DNA from: Scenedesmus sp. PABB004
Lineage: Eukaryota
Assembly (NCBI GenBank): GCA_014905635.1
Contig: CM026547.1
Location: 3,534,001-3,598,000, forward strand
DNA: 64,000 nt
Direction of reading: 5' to 3'
Notes under the pieces: generated by a model
Databases searched by the model: none
Seen by the model: the letters and a program-made list of their open reading frames with translations, nothing else
Told to the model about the DNA's origin: nothing
Program-made: the position numbers and the translations under genes
Shown here: piece by piece, positions 45,767 to 58,200 of the stretch
How positions within the stretch are numbered: the first letter of the stretch is position 1
Layout: every line of letters starts with the position of its first letter

Positions 45767-48700
45767 TTGCAGGGCGCGAGGCGTTCCTGGCCGAGGTGTT
45801 CAAGTGGGTCGACGAGTACGGCGGCCGCATCTGCGGCCAGCTGCGCCGCATGGGCAGCAGCGTCGACTGGGACCGCTGCGTGTTCACCATGGACGAGACG
45901 CGCTCGGTACGGCAGCAGCACCGCCCCGCCGCCGCCGCCGCCGCCGCCGCGCGCCGCCGCCGACCGCCCTGCTGCCCCCTCGGCCCCTGTCCCCGCCGCC
46001 GCCGCGGGCAGGCGGCGGTGCTGGAGGCGTTTGTGCGCATGCACGAGGCGGGCTGCGTGTACCGCGACAACCGCCTGGTCAACTGGGACGCGCGGCTGCT
46101 GACCGCGGTGAGCGACATCGAGGTCGACTACATCGACGTCCCCGGGCGCACCGCGCTCTCGGTGCCGGGCTTCGACCACGTGCGCGCACGCCTGGGCGCG
46201 CGCGCGGCGGGGCGTGCTCGACGCGCGGCGGGGCGGGGGCGTGCTGCGCCGCGTGGCGGGGGTGTGGGAGGCCCACGCCGCCCGCGGCTGCACGTGCGCA
46301 GCCGGTCGAGTTTGGCGTGCTGACGAGCTTTGCTTACCCGCTGGAGGGCGGCGAGGGCGAGATCGTCGTCGCGACGACGCGCCCGGAGACGATGCTCGGC
46401 GACACGGCGGTCGCGGTGCACCCGGACGACCCGCGGTGCGGCGCCGCGCCGCGGCGCGCGAGTGGTGGGCGCGGCGACCGACTCGTCGCTCCCACGCCTC
46501 AACACCTCACGCCTCGCGCCGCGGCGCCGCGCGCAGCTACGCGCACCTGCACGGCAAGCACGTGGTGCACCCCGTGAGCGGGCGGCGCATCCCGATCGTG
46601 TGCGACGCGGAGCTGGTGGACATGGCGTTTGGAACGGGTGCGCGTCCGCGCGCCCGCGCGCCCGCGCGCCCGCGCGCCCGCGCGCCCGCCGCCGCCGCGC
46701 GCGCCCCGCTGCGCGCCCGGCCGCCACGGGCCCCCCGCGGCTCGCTCACTCACCCCTGCCCCTCCCTCCCGCGCGCCGCCTCCTCCCGCGCTGCACCCGC
46801 CTCCCCCTGCCGCGCCCAGGCGCGGTGAAGATCACGCCCGCGCACGACCCCAACGACTTTGCCGTCGGCAAGCGCCACGGCCTGGAGTTCATCAACATCC
46901 TCGACGACAGCGGCGCCATCAACGACGCGGGCGGGCCGTTCAAGGGACAGCACCGCTTCAAGGCGCGCGCGCGCCGCGCCACGCCGCGCCCTCGCCCGCG
47001 CCGCGCCCGCGCCGCCGCCGACGTGCGGCAGGGCCTGCGCCTGCGTCCGCGCGCGGACGCGCACGACGAACGCCCACACGCGTGCCCTGGCCGGCCCGCG
47101 CCCGCGTGCCGCGCTGCGCAGGCGCGCGTGACGGTGGTGGACTTCCTCAAGTCTGCGGGCCTCTTCCGCGGCACGGCGGAGAACCCGATGCGCCTCGGCA
47201 TCAGCAGCCGCTCCAAGGACGTCATCGAGCCGCTGCTCAAGCCGCAGTGGTGGGTCGGCTGCGCCGACATGGCCGCGCGCAGCGTCGACGCCGTGCGCGA
47301 CGGCAGCCTCGAGATCATCCCCAAGGCGCGGCGGCGCGGCGCGGCGCGCGGGGGCCGCGCGGCGGGCAGCGCGTGGGGCGCTCGCGCGCGGGCGCTCGAC
47401 AGCCGCGCGGCCGCCCACGCCGCCCCGCCGCCGCCTCGGCCACGCACACGCGCACACCACGCGCACGCGCGCACACGCACACGCGCAGGACTTTGAGGCG
47501 ACCTGGTTCCGCTGGCTCGAGAACATCCGCGACTGGTGCATCAGCCGGCAGCTCTGGTGGGGCCACCGCATCCCAGCCTACTATGTGACGCTGGAGGGCG
47601 AGGCGCCCGAGGACGCGGGCGTGCCGGGGCGGCCGAGCGAGAAGGGCGACCGCTGGGTCGTCGGCCGCACGCAGGCGCGCGCGGCGGGCGGAGGGGCGCG
47701 CCGCGGCGCGTGGCAGGCGCGCCGGCGCGCGCGCAGGACGCGCCGCCGCGCTGACGGCCGGGCGGTCGGGCGCGCGCGCGCCGCGCGCGCAGGAGGACGC
47801 GGCGGCGGCGGCGGCGGCCAAGTTCCCGGGCCAGAAGTTCACACTGCACCAGGACGAGGACGTGCTGGACACCTGGTGCGCCTGGGGGAGAGGGGCGGGA
47901 CGGGGCACGAGGGGACCGGCAGGCCGCGCGCGCTGGCTTGCCCGGGCCGCCCTCCCAAACTCGCCGGCGTGTCAAACCCCCGCCGCCGCCGCGCGCCCCG
48001 TGCGCTCGCCGCGCCCCCCGCCCGCCCGCGCGCGCAGGTTCAGCAGCGGGCTCTTCCCCTTCAGTGTGATGGGCTGGCCGTCGGACACGCGCGACCTCGC
48101 CACGTTTTACCCCGGCGCCCTGCTCGAGACTGGGCACGACATCCTCTTCTTCTGGGTCGCCCGCATGGTCATGATGGGACTGCAGCTCACCGGCAAAGTG
48201 CCGTTCAAGCAGGCGCGGCGGCGCCGCGCCGCGCGGCACGCTGCGCGCTGCGACCGCGGCGCTCAGCGCGCGACGCACGCGCCGCGACCCGCGCTGACCC
48301 GCGCGTGCGCGCGCCTGCGCGGTGCCGCGCGGTGGCGCAGGTGTACCTTCACGCCATGGTGCGCGACGCGCACGGCAAGAAGATGAGCAAGAGCCTGGGC
48401 AACGTGATTGACCCGCTGCACGTCATCGAGGGCATCACGCTGAACGGCCTGCACGACACGCTCAAGGTGGGTGCCGTGGGTGGGTCGTGTGGGTGGGTGG
48501 GTGCGGGTGGGTGGGTGGGTGGGTGGGTGTGTGTAGAGGGGGGGGGGGTGTAGAGGGGGGGGGGGGCGCGAGGCACACGGCGCGGGACGACGCCGCGGCG
48601 CAGCGCGCGTGCGCGCGCGCGCTCACGCCGCGTGTCCCCCGCCGCGTGCGGCGCGCCTGGGCCCACCCCCAGGCGGGCAACCTCGACCCCAAGGAGGTGT

Positions 48701-50703
48701 CGCGCGCCAAGGACACGCAGCGCACCGACTTTCCCGACGGCATCGAGGAGTGCGGCACCGACGCGCTGCGCTTTGCGCTCGTGGCCTACACCACGCAGGC
48801 GCGCGCGCCCGGGCCCTGGGAGTGATGGCAGCCCCGGGGCAGGCGCTCCCCGCGCTGCAGCGCGCCGCCGCCGGCTCCCCCGCGCGCGCCGCCGCCGGCT
48901 CGCCCGCGCGCGCGCGAGCGGAGCCCCCGCGCGCGCCCAGCGAGCCACGCCCCTCCCCCCCCCCCCCCCCCCCCCCCGTCCTTCCCGTCCTCCCCCCAGG
49001 CGCGTGACATCAACCTGGACATCAAGCGTGTCGTCGCGTACCGCCACTGGTGCAACAAGCTCTGGAACGCGATCCGCTTTGCCATGATGAACCTGCCGCC
49101 AGGCTTCACGCCCCTCCCGCGCGCCGCGCTCGCGGACGCGCTGCCGGGGCGCCGCCCGCGGCGCGCTGGGTGCTGAGCCGCCTCAACGCGGCGGTGGAGG
49201 CGATCAACAAGGCGCGCGCGGGGGGGGGGGGGGGGGGGCTCCGGCCCCGCCGGCGCTGCTGCGCGCCGCCCGCCGCGCCCGCACCCCCTCCCGCCCGCCG
49301 CCTCACACCCGCCCAACACTCACGCCCCACCCACGCCCCACCCACGCCCCGCACCACCAGCCCCCCCCCCCCCCACACACACACACACTCACACACACTC
49401 ACACACCGCACACCCACCACCACCACCACCACCCCGGCCGCAGGCGATGGAGGCGTACGACTTTTCTGCCGCGACGCAGACGGCCTACGCGTGGTGGCAG
49501 TACGAGCTGTGTGACGTCTTCATCGAGCTGGTCAAGCCCGTCATGGCCCGCGACGACGGCGAGCCAGGTGGGCTGCAGCCCATGCCCGCCCGCCCGCCCG
49601 CACCCGCCCGCCCGCCACAAGCCCTGCGCAGCGCGGCACAACGCGCGCGCGCGCGCGCGCCGACGCCGACGCCGGCCCGGCCGCCCGGCCGCAGGCGCCG
49701 CGGCGGCCAAGGCGGCCACGCAGCAGGCGCTGTGGGCGTCGCTGGACGCGGGGCTGCGCCTGCTGCACCCCTTCATGCCCTTTGTCACGGAGGAGCTCTG
49801 GCAGCGCCTGCCCAAGACGCCCGACCAGGCGCGTGCGCCGCGCCGCGCACGCGGCGCGCGCAGGACCCGCGCCACCGCCGCGCTCGCCGCCCTCGCCGCG
49901 CTCCCACTCACTCACTCACTCGCTCACTCGCTCACTTGCTCACTCACTCACTCACTCACTCACACCCCCCCCCCCACCCACACACCCACACACACACACA
50001 CGCGGCCCCCCCCCCAGGCGGTCATCCCCAGCATCATGCTCGCGCCCTTCCCCACGCCCGAGCCGGGGTGGAGCCAGCCCGCGCTCGACGCCGACTACGC
50101 GGCCGCGCAGGCGGTCGTCGCGGCGCTGCGCAAGCTGCGCGCCGACTACGGGCTCACGCGGCAGCGCACCAAGGTCTTCCTCACCTGCGCCTCGCCCGAG
50201 CGCGGCGCGGCGCTGGAGGGCCTGGCGGGGGACATCGCGGCGCTCGCGAGCGCGAGCGAGGTGTCGCTGCTGCCGCCCAGCGCCGCGCCGCCGGCGGGGT
50301 GCAGCGTGGCGATCGTGGACGACGCGACGACCGCGCACGTGCTGCTCGCGGTGCGGCGCCGCGCTGGGGTCGCCGCGCCGCGCGCGCTGGGCTGGCCGCG
50401 CGCGGGCCCCGTGCCGCCTCGCGGCGCGTGCCCCGACCGCCGCCCGCGCGCCGCCGCCGCCACCCGCGCCAGGGCATCCTGGACCCCACGCTGGAGCTGG
50501 CCAAGCTGGAGAAGAAGGCGGCCGAGGCGGCGGGGCGCGTGGAGGCGGTGCGCAAGCGCATGGCGATGCCCAGCTACGCCGACAAGACGCCGCCCGCGGT
50601 GCGCGAGGACGACGCGGACAAGCTGGCCAGGGCCGAGGCGGAGGCGGCCGCCGTCGCGGCGCACATGGAGGAGATGCGGAAGATGATCGCCGCGCCGCAG
50701 TGA
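44200..50703 (+). CDS. VARS: Valine--tRNA ligase, cytosolic type (~23 exons; apparent frameshift at 49146-49149)
   Basis: [120 protein letters not shown] and [17 protein letters not shown]. Confidence 0.96.
49905..50000. repeat. Intronic (CACT)n and (CA)n microsatellites
   Basis: Read directly. Similar tracts: (GGGT)n at ~48477-48530 and poly-C/(CA)n at ~49361-49405. Confidence 0.85.
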
Positions 50704-50893
50704 GGCGGCCGGGGCGCGGGCGGCAGCGCGGCGCGGCGCGGCGCGGCGCGGCGCGGCGCGGCGTGCCGGCCGGCCGCTGCTGCGCGTGGGGAGGGAGGCA
50801 GGGCCGCTGCGCGCGCGCGGACCCGGACCCGGACCCCGGGCCGGCTGTGACCGAGTGCTGCGAGGCTCTCGAGGCGCCGGCAGGGCGCTGCCG

Positions 50894-50976
50894 TCACACC
50901 TCGCCCTCCGCCCGGATCTCTCTGATAAGCAGTCGGAACGCCTCGCCAGACTCGGCCGCGCCGCCGCCGCCACCGC

Positions 50977-51016
<40 letters not shown>

Positions 51017-51994
51017 GCCCTCCTCGCCGGCCGCTGCCGTGCCACTGCTGCTGCCGCCGCTGCCGCTGCTGCCCGCGTCGCTGCCGGGCCCGGCCTGCGC
51101 GTCGTGGTGCGCCGCCGCCGCGTGGACGGACACGCCCACGCCGATGACCTTGTCTGCCTGGAACTCCAGCTTGCGCTCCACCAGCTGCCCCTGGTATGTC
51201 AGCGCCAGCGCGTCGATGGGTATCGAGACCGTGCTCCACACGCCAGCCCTGCGCGCGCGCAAGCGCAAGCGCGCGGGTCGCGGCCGCGCAGCCGCACCGC
51301 GCCGCGCGCCGCGCCGCGCGGCGCGGCCGCCCGCCCGCCCGCGTGACGCGCGGCCGGCCGCGCGGCGCGCACCGCGTGCGGAACGGCGCCTGCCAGACGT
51401 CGCCGCCGGTGCCGGCGAGCGAGTCGACGCGCACGGAGGCGATGTAGGTCCGGCCGTCGCCCTTGACCGACCAGAGCAGGTGGCTGAGCCCCGCCAGGTC
51501 TGTGTAGTCGCCGATGGCCGTCACCTTTGACGACGCGACCGCGTAGCCGCCGCGCTTGAGCTCCGCGTCCGCCTCCTGCTCCAGCGTCACGCGCCCGCTG
51601 AACTCCGCCGCCTGCGGTGTGCGTGTGTGTGTGTGTGTGTGGGGGGGGGGGGTTGTCGGCGCGGGCGCGCGCGAGTGCGGGGAGGAGGCCTGCTCCGCCG
51701 CCGCCGACGACCTTCTCTGCCGCGTTGAACGTGAGCGCCGCGCTCGACTTGCCGCCAAAGTAGGCGTCCGTGAAGACGTGCCAGCGCTCCACCACCTCCG
51801 CGCTGTTGAAGGTGTAGAGCGTGACCGGCTTGGGCCCCAGCTGCACTGCGGACTCGGCGCCGGCAGCAGCAGCGGGCGTCGCCGCCGCGCTTGCCGCGCG
51901 CCGGCGGGGGGCCGCGCGCTGGCCTGCGTCGCGCACCTCCAGCCGTCAGGCCCTCTGCCACGGCCTTGGCCGACTTGATGAGGTTGCGCAGCAT
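50894..51994 (-). CDS. CIA30: Complex I assembly factor CIA30/NDUFAF1-family protein
   Basis: LYTFNSAEVVERWHVFTDAYFGGKSSAAL, AEFSGRV, RGGYA, VKGDGRTY, WSTVSIP...LTYQG and FRLLIREIRA. Confidence 0.85.
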
Positions 51995-52031
51995 CGCCGC
52001 CGGTGCCGGCAGCGGCGCCGAGCGGCGCGCG

Positions 52032-52512
52032 AGCGGCGCGGCGTGCGTGCTGGGGCTGGGCGCTCGGGCGTCGCCCCGGCGCGCGGCGTCGGCGAGTTCA
52101 AGTCGGCCGCGCGGCCGCGCTGGCAAGTGGCTGCTCCCTCGCCCGCGCAGGCCCCAAACCGCATCGCCCGAACAGCTGCCGCCCTGGCCGCGCTGCTCCG
52201 GGGCGCACTGACGCCGCGGCGCAGCGCATCGGCGGGCCCGGATCCCTGACAGCTCGCACACCTCGCCAGCCGCCCGCCCAGCGCCCGCCCGCGCGCGGCA
52301 GCAGCAGCCGCCCCCGGCCCGCCAGCAGCACGCCGCAGCCCGGGGCGTAGAGCGGGCGTGGCGCGCCATGACTGCGACGGCAGAGGTCAACGACCCGCCC
52401 GCCGCGGCGGCGGCGGACGGCGAGCAGGTGCGGCGGCGGCGCGGGCGAGCGCGCCGCGGGCGGCGCTGCTGCCGGCGCGCCGGCGGCTGACCGCCGCGCC
52501 GGCGGCGATCAG
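52032..52512 (+). repeat. Direct duplication, copy B (CIA30/TrpRS divergent promoter region, TrpRS exon 1, intron 1)
   Basis: Matches 43862-44369. Confidence 0.95.
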
Positions 52513-54512
52513 GTGATCACGCCCTGGGATGTGGCCGGCGGCGCGGACGGCAAGGTCGACTACAACAAGCTGCTGGAGCAGTTTGGCGTGTCGGCGCTGG
52601 GCGCGGACCTGGTGCAGCGGTGAGCGACGCTCCGCGCTCGGGCCGGCCGCGCGCGCCGGCAGCCGTCGGCGCCGCTCGCGGCCCACCGGCCGGGCGCCGT
52701 GCCGCGCCGCGCCGCAGCATGGAGCGGCTCACGGGGCGGCCGGCGCACCCGTTCCTCAAGCGCGGCATCATCTTTGCGCACCGCGACCTCCACGAAATCC
52801 TCGACTGCTACGAGCAGGGCCAGCCGTTCTACCTCTACACCGGACGCGTGCGCGCAGCATGCAGCAGCGCGCAGCAGCGCACAGCGCGCGGTGCGCCGCA
52901 CGCCACGCGGCTCGCACGCGCACGGCGGCCCCCCGCGCCGCGCCGCGCCGCAGGGCCCGTCGAGCGAGGCGCTGCACCTGGGCCACCTCGTGCCCATCAT
53001 GTTCACGCAGTGGCTGCAGGAGGTGTTTGACGTCCCGCTCGTCATCCAGCTCACGGACGACGAGAAGACGCTCTGGCGCGGCCTCGACCAGGACGAGGCG
53101 CGCCGACTCGCGCGCGAGGTGCGCCGCGCCGCGCCGCGCGCCGCGCCGACGCCCCCGCGGTTGCGCGGCCCCCGCGCCCGCGCTTGCTCGGCCGGCTCGC
53201 CCGGGAACGCCCCTCCGACTCGGCGGCGCGCGCAGAACTGCAAGGACATCATCGCGTGCGGGTTTGACGTCAACAAGACCTTCATCTTCAGCGACTACGA
53301 CTACGTCGGCGGCGCCTTCTACCGACACATCATCGACATACAGCGCTGCGTGTCAATGAACCAGGCGCGGCGCGGCGCGGCGCGGCGCGAGGCCGGGCGC
53401 GGGCGCGGGCGCGCAGAGGCTGCGCCGCCGCCGCGGCGCGCGGGCGCGGGCGGGCGCCGCCGCGGCGTTGCCGGGCGGGGCCGGCGTCCGACGCCCGACG
53501 CCCGCGCGCGCGCGCAGGTGCGCGGCATCTTTGGCCTCACGAGCGACGACAACATCGGCAAGATCGGCTTCCCCGCGGTGCAGGCGGCGCCGAGCTTCCC
53601 GGGCGTCTTCCCGCACATGTTTGGCGCGCGCCGCGACGTGCGCTGCCTCATCCCCTGCGCCATCGACCAGGACCCCTACTTCAGGTGGGCAGGCAGGCAG
53701 GGGGGCAGGCAGGGGGCAGGAGGGGCGGCAGGGAGAGGGGAGGGAGGGGTGGAGTTCAAGAGCGCGCGCGGGGTGGGCGCCGCGCCGCGGCGCCGCGCTG
53801 ACCGCCCGCCCGCGCGCCCGCCCGCCTGGGTCCGTGGCGCCAGGATGACGCGCGACGTCGCGCCGCGGCTGGGCTACGCCAAGCCGGCGCTCATCGAGGC
53901 GCGGTTCTTCCCGGCGCTGCAGGGCGAGAGCGGCAAGATGAGCGCGAGCGACCCCAACAGCGCCGTGTTTGTCAACGACACGCCCAAGCAGATCAAGGAC
54001 AAGGCGCGCCCCCGCCCGCCCGCCCGCCCGCCGCCGCGCCCGGCGCCCGCCGCGCCCGCCCCCCACACACACTCAAACACGCGCACACACACGCGCAATC
54101 ACGCGCGCGCGCAGATCAACAAGTACGCGTTCAGCGGCGGCCGCGTGACGGTCGAGGAGCACCGCCGCTTGGGCGCCAACCTCGACGTCGACGTGCCCTG
54201 GAAGTACCTCAACTTTTTCATGACCGACGACGACAAGCTGTCGCGCATCGGGCGCGACTACGGCGAGGGCCGCATGCTCACGGGTGGGTGGGCAGGGGTT
54301 TCCTTGCGCGCGCCCGCGCCGCGCCGCCTCGCCGGCAGCTCACGGCGAGCCGCCGGGCGGGCCGCGCCGCCGCAGGCGAGGTCAAGGCGGAGCTCATCAG
54401 CCTGCTGACCGACATCGTGGGCCGGCACCAGGCGGCGCGCGCGCAGGTGACGGAGGACGTGGTGGACGCGTTCATGGCGGTGCGGCCGATGGAGGCCGCG
54501 CTCGCGCGGTGA
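52368..54512 (+). CDS. WARS: Tryptophan--tRNA ligase, cytosolic type
   Basis: [76 protein letters not shown] and INKYAFSGG. Confidence 0.96.
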
Positions 54513-55275
54513 CGCGCGCCGGCGGCGGCCGGCGCGCTGCGGGCGCGGCGGGCGCGGCTGCTGCAGCGGCAGCGCGGCGCCCGCCCCCGCCACGCGTTTG
54601 CGGGTTGGGAGCGGCGGGGCCGGGCCCAGCTGGCCGCCGCGGGCGGGCACGGCGGGTCGGCGGCCGCCGCCGCCGCGCCGCGGCGCCGCAGCGCGCCGCG
54701 CGGGCCCGGGCGCGCCCGCGGCGCGGCGCCCGCGCCCGATCGACGCGCCGGGCGCGCGGTAGGCGGCGCGGTGGGGCGTTTCGGGCGCGGCTGGCAAACT
54801 TCGTTCAAACTGCGCAGTCGAACGCCGCGGGCCCGCGGTTGCGCCGCGCGGCCCCGCGCGCCCCGCCAGCGCGCGTGTGACCGCCCGCGCGCCGTCCCAC
54901 ACGCCCGCCCGCGCCTCCCGAGCCTTCGCCGGCGCCCAGCGAGTCGCGGTCGCTCGCCGGCCGCGCCGGTCGCTGAGACACAGCGCCGCCCGAGGCCCCC
55001 CGGCGCCGCGGTTCGGCGTCCCCGGCATTCCCCAGCGACGGTGGCAGGCCTGCGGCGCCCCCCGCCGCCCGCAGCGCGCCGCCCACCGGCCACTGCACCG
55101 GCCCAGCTCTCGCCGGCTACGGGCGCATCAGGGGCCGCGCCGGCGCCGCGGCGGCCGGCGGGAGCAGCCAGAAGCCAGCGCAGCGCACCCATGGCGGCCG
55201 CGCGGCCAGCCCCGGCCTGAGCGCGCGGCGGGCGAGGCGACGCCAGCTGCCGGCGCCCCGGGCGCGGCAGGCGCG

Positions 55276-58200
55276 ATGGGCAACGGGACGGTGGCCATGA
55301 AGGTGCGTCTGGCCCCGCCGCGCCGGACGGGCGGCCCAGCCGCGCCGCGCGGGCGGCGCCTGGGGCGGGGGGGCCCGCATCTCACCTGCTGCTGCCCCGG
55401 GCCGCGCAGACGGGGGCGTGGGACCCGGAGGAGGACGACCTGCTGTACTACTGGCAGGTGAGGCACCCCTGGCGCGCGCCGCGGGGTCAGGGGGCCGCCC
55501 CAGGCGCCCGCCAGCGTCCGTTGAGGCACGGCCAGCACGCCGCCCCGCGCTGGCCGCCGCCCCGTGGCCGCCGTGCGGTGGCGCGGCGGGCGGCCCCCCG
55601 CCGGCCGAGCGCGCCGGGCCAGCGCGCGCCGCCGCGCCGGGCGAGCGCGCGCCGCCGCGCCGGCCCGCCCCGCGCCGCGGCGGCGGTCAAGGTCCACCCG
55701 CCCCGGCCCCCGCGCGGCGCGGCGCCCCGCGCACGCCCCGAGGGCGGCAATCACCCCTGCGCCGCCGCCCGGCGTGCCGCGCGGGGCCGCGCCGCCGCCG
55801 CCGCCGCGCCCCCGCCTGGCCCTGCCCGCACGCTCCGTCGCGGCGCTGACCGCACGCCGCCGCCGCCGCCGCGCCCCGCCCGCAGAGCAAGGTCGGCAAC
55901 AAGTGGTCCGAGGTGGCCAAGCACATCCCGGGCCGCACGGGGCAGCAGTGCGCGCAGCGCTGGCGCCATAAGGTGCGGGCGCGCGCCGCGCCGCCCGCAC
56001 CCGGGGCTGCACGCCGCGCCGTGCCGCGGCAGCAGCCGGCGATCAGGCGGGGGCGGGGGCCTCGTGCGCGCGCTGCCCTGGCCGCGGCCAACCTGGTCCC
56101 TCCGCCTCCCCGTGCGCCCCCTGCCCCCTCCAGGTCAACCCCAACATCCGGCGCGACAAGTGGACGGAGGAGGAGGATGCAAAGCTCATCGAGCTGGTCA
56201 AGACCTTTGGCGTGGGCCGCTGGGCCGAGATCGCGCGCAACTGCAACGGCCGCACCGACCAGCAGTGCATGGGCCGCTGGCGCCGCCACCTCGACCCCAG
56301 CATCCGGCGGGTGAGGCGCGCCGCCGCCCCGCCGCGCCCCAGGCCCGGCCGCGCCGTGCACGCAGCGCAGCCGCGCTCGCGCCCGCCTCGCCCCGAGCCG
56401 ACCCGCCCGCGCGCTGTGCGCGCGCCTCTTGCAGGACTCGTGGTCGGCCGAGGAGGACGCCAAGCTGCGCCAGCTGCACGCGCAGTACGGCACGAGCTGG
56501 TCCCGCATCAGCAAGTGCCTCAAGGGCCGCACCTCGCAGCAGTGCCGCGCGCGCTGGCACCAGATCAACAACGGCCGCAGCAAGTCGGCCGGCGGCGGCG
56601 GCGGCGCGGGCAGCAGCAGCGGCAGCGGCGGCGCCAAGCAGGCCGCGGGCGGCGGCGCGCGGCGCGCGGGCGCGTCGGGCAAGCGCAAGACCGCGCGCCG
56701 GCGCGCAGAGCTCAGCGACAGCGAGGAGGAGGAGGAGGAGCCAGAGGTGGACGACGACGACGACGAGGGCGGCGAGGCTGCTGGCTATTACGACGGCGAC
56801 GAGCGCGGCGGCTCGCCCGCGCTGCACCTTGCGCACGCGGGCGCCGCCGCCGCCGCCGCCCCCCGCCGCCGCCGCGGCCGCGGGCAGCTGCGCGGACAGC
56901 CAGTTTGCGCTCGGCGTGGCCGCGGCGCAGTACAGCCTGGAGGCGCCCGCGCCCGGCGGGCCCGAGGCCGCGGCGCTACTGCAGCAGCAGCAGGCCCAGT
57001 GGGCCAACGCGCTGGGCGTGGCGCTGCCCGGCCACGCCGGCGCCGGCGCGGGGGGCCACGCCGGCGGCGACGTGGCCTACCACACCGACCAGGAGGACGA
57101 CGACGGCAGCGCCGACGCCGACGACAGCGACGGCAGCGCGGCCGCGCCGGCCGGCGCCGCGGGCCTGCGCCCCGCCGGCAGCGCGGCGCGCCCGCCGCTG
57201 CACCGCTTCCGGAGCATGCCGGCGCGCCATGGCGGGGGCGCTGCCGCCGCCGCGGGCACGCCCAGCGGCGACGGCAAGCCTGGGCGCAGCGCGAGCTGCA
57301 CCGTGCCCAAGTATGGCTGGGGCGGCGCGGCCGCGGCGGCGCTGGAGCAGGGCCAGTGGTCGCCCAGCCGGCTGCTGCTGTCGCCGCCGGCGACGCACAA
57401 GCGCGCCGACGCGCTGCGGCGCCGCGGCAGCGGCGTGGGCAGCAGCAGCAAGGGCGACCTGGACGACGAGGAGACGGCGGGTGAGCGCGGCCGCGCCGCC
57501 GCCGCCGACGCCGCGGCTGCCTGCGCGCCAGCTCGGCGCCCGCCCGCCGCGGCGCCGGCCCCGCCGCGCCGACCCCGACCCCGCCGCCGCGCCGCAGGCG
57601 CGGAGACGCTGCTCCAGATGGCCACGCTGCTGCGGCGCGAGTCGTGCGAGTTTGAGCCGCCCAGCCTGCGGCGCAGCGACTTCATCACCGCCTCGACGCC
57701 GCCCAAGCGCCCCGCGGGCGACCGCCCCGAGCCGCGCCAGGGTGACGAGCACAGCCCGAGCCCCTTCAAGCGCGCGCGCAGCTGCGCCGGCGGCGCCCTG
57801 TTTGGGCACGAGCCCGACGGCGGCGCTGGCGACGCGCTCACGCCGCGCGGCAGCCGCGGCGGCGCGCTGGTGGGGCAGCAGCTGGACTTTGGCGACGCCG
57901 CCGCGCCGCGCAGCGGCGGTCGCGCGCAGCAGCGCGCGCCCCCGGCCGAGGACGAGGAGGACGAGGAGGAGGAGGACGAGCAGGAGGAGGCGGCGGAGGA
58001 TGCGCGCCGCGCCGCCGAGCTGGACGAGGCGCGCGACATGCTGGGCCTCGGCGGCAGCAGCTTTGAGCAGGTGCTGCCTGACCCGCCGGCGCGCCCCAGC
58101 AACGCCAGCAGCCTCACCGCCGTGGCGGGGGACGGCGGCGCGGCGGCCGGCGGCGGCGTGGCCGCGGCCTTCCTCTCGCCGCCGCCGGTGACGCGCGTGC

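Noticed and set aside
43862..52512. LTR retrotransposon (direct repeats ~8 kb apart)
   Set aside because: The interior is ValRS and CIA30 with no gag/pol, and the repeat is a TrpRS promoter/exon without TG...CA ends.
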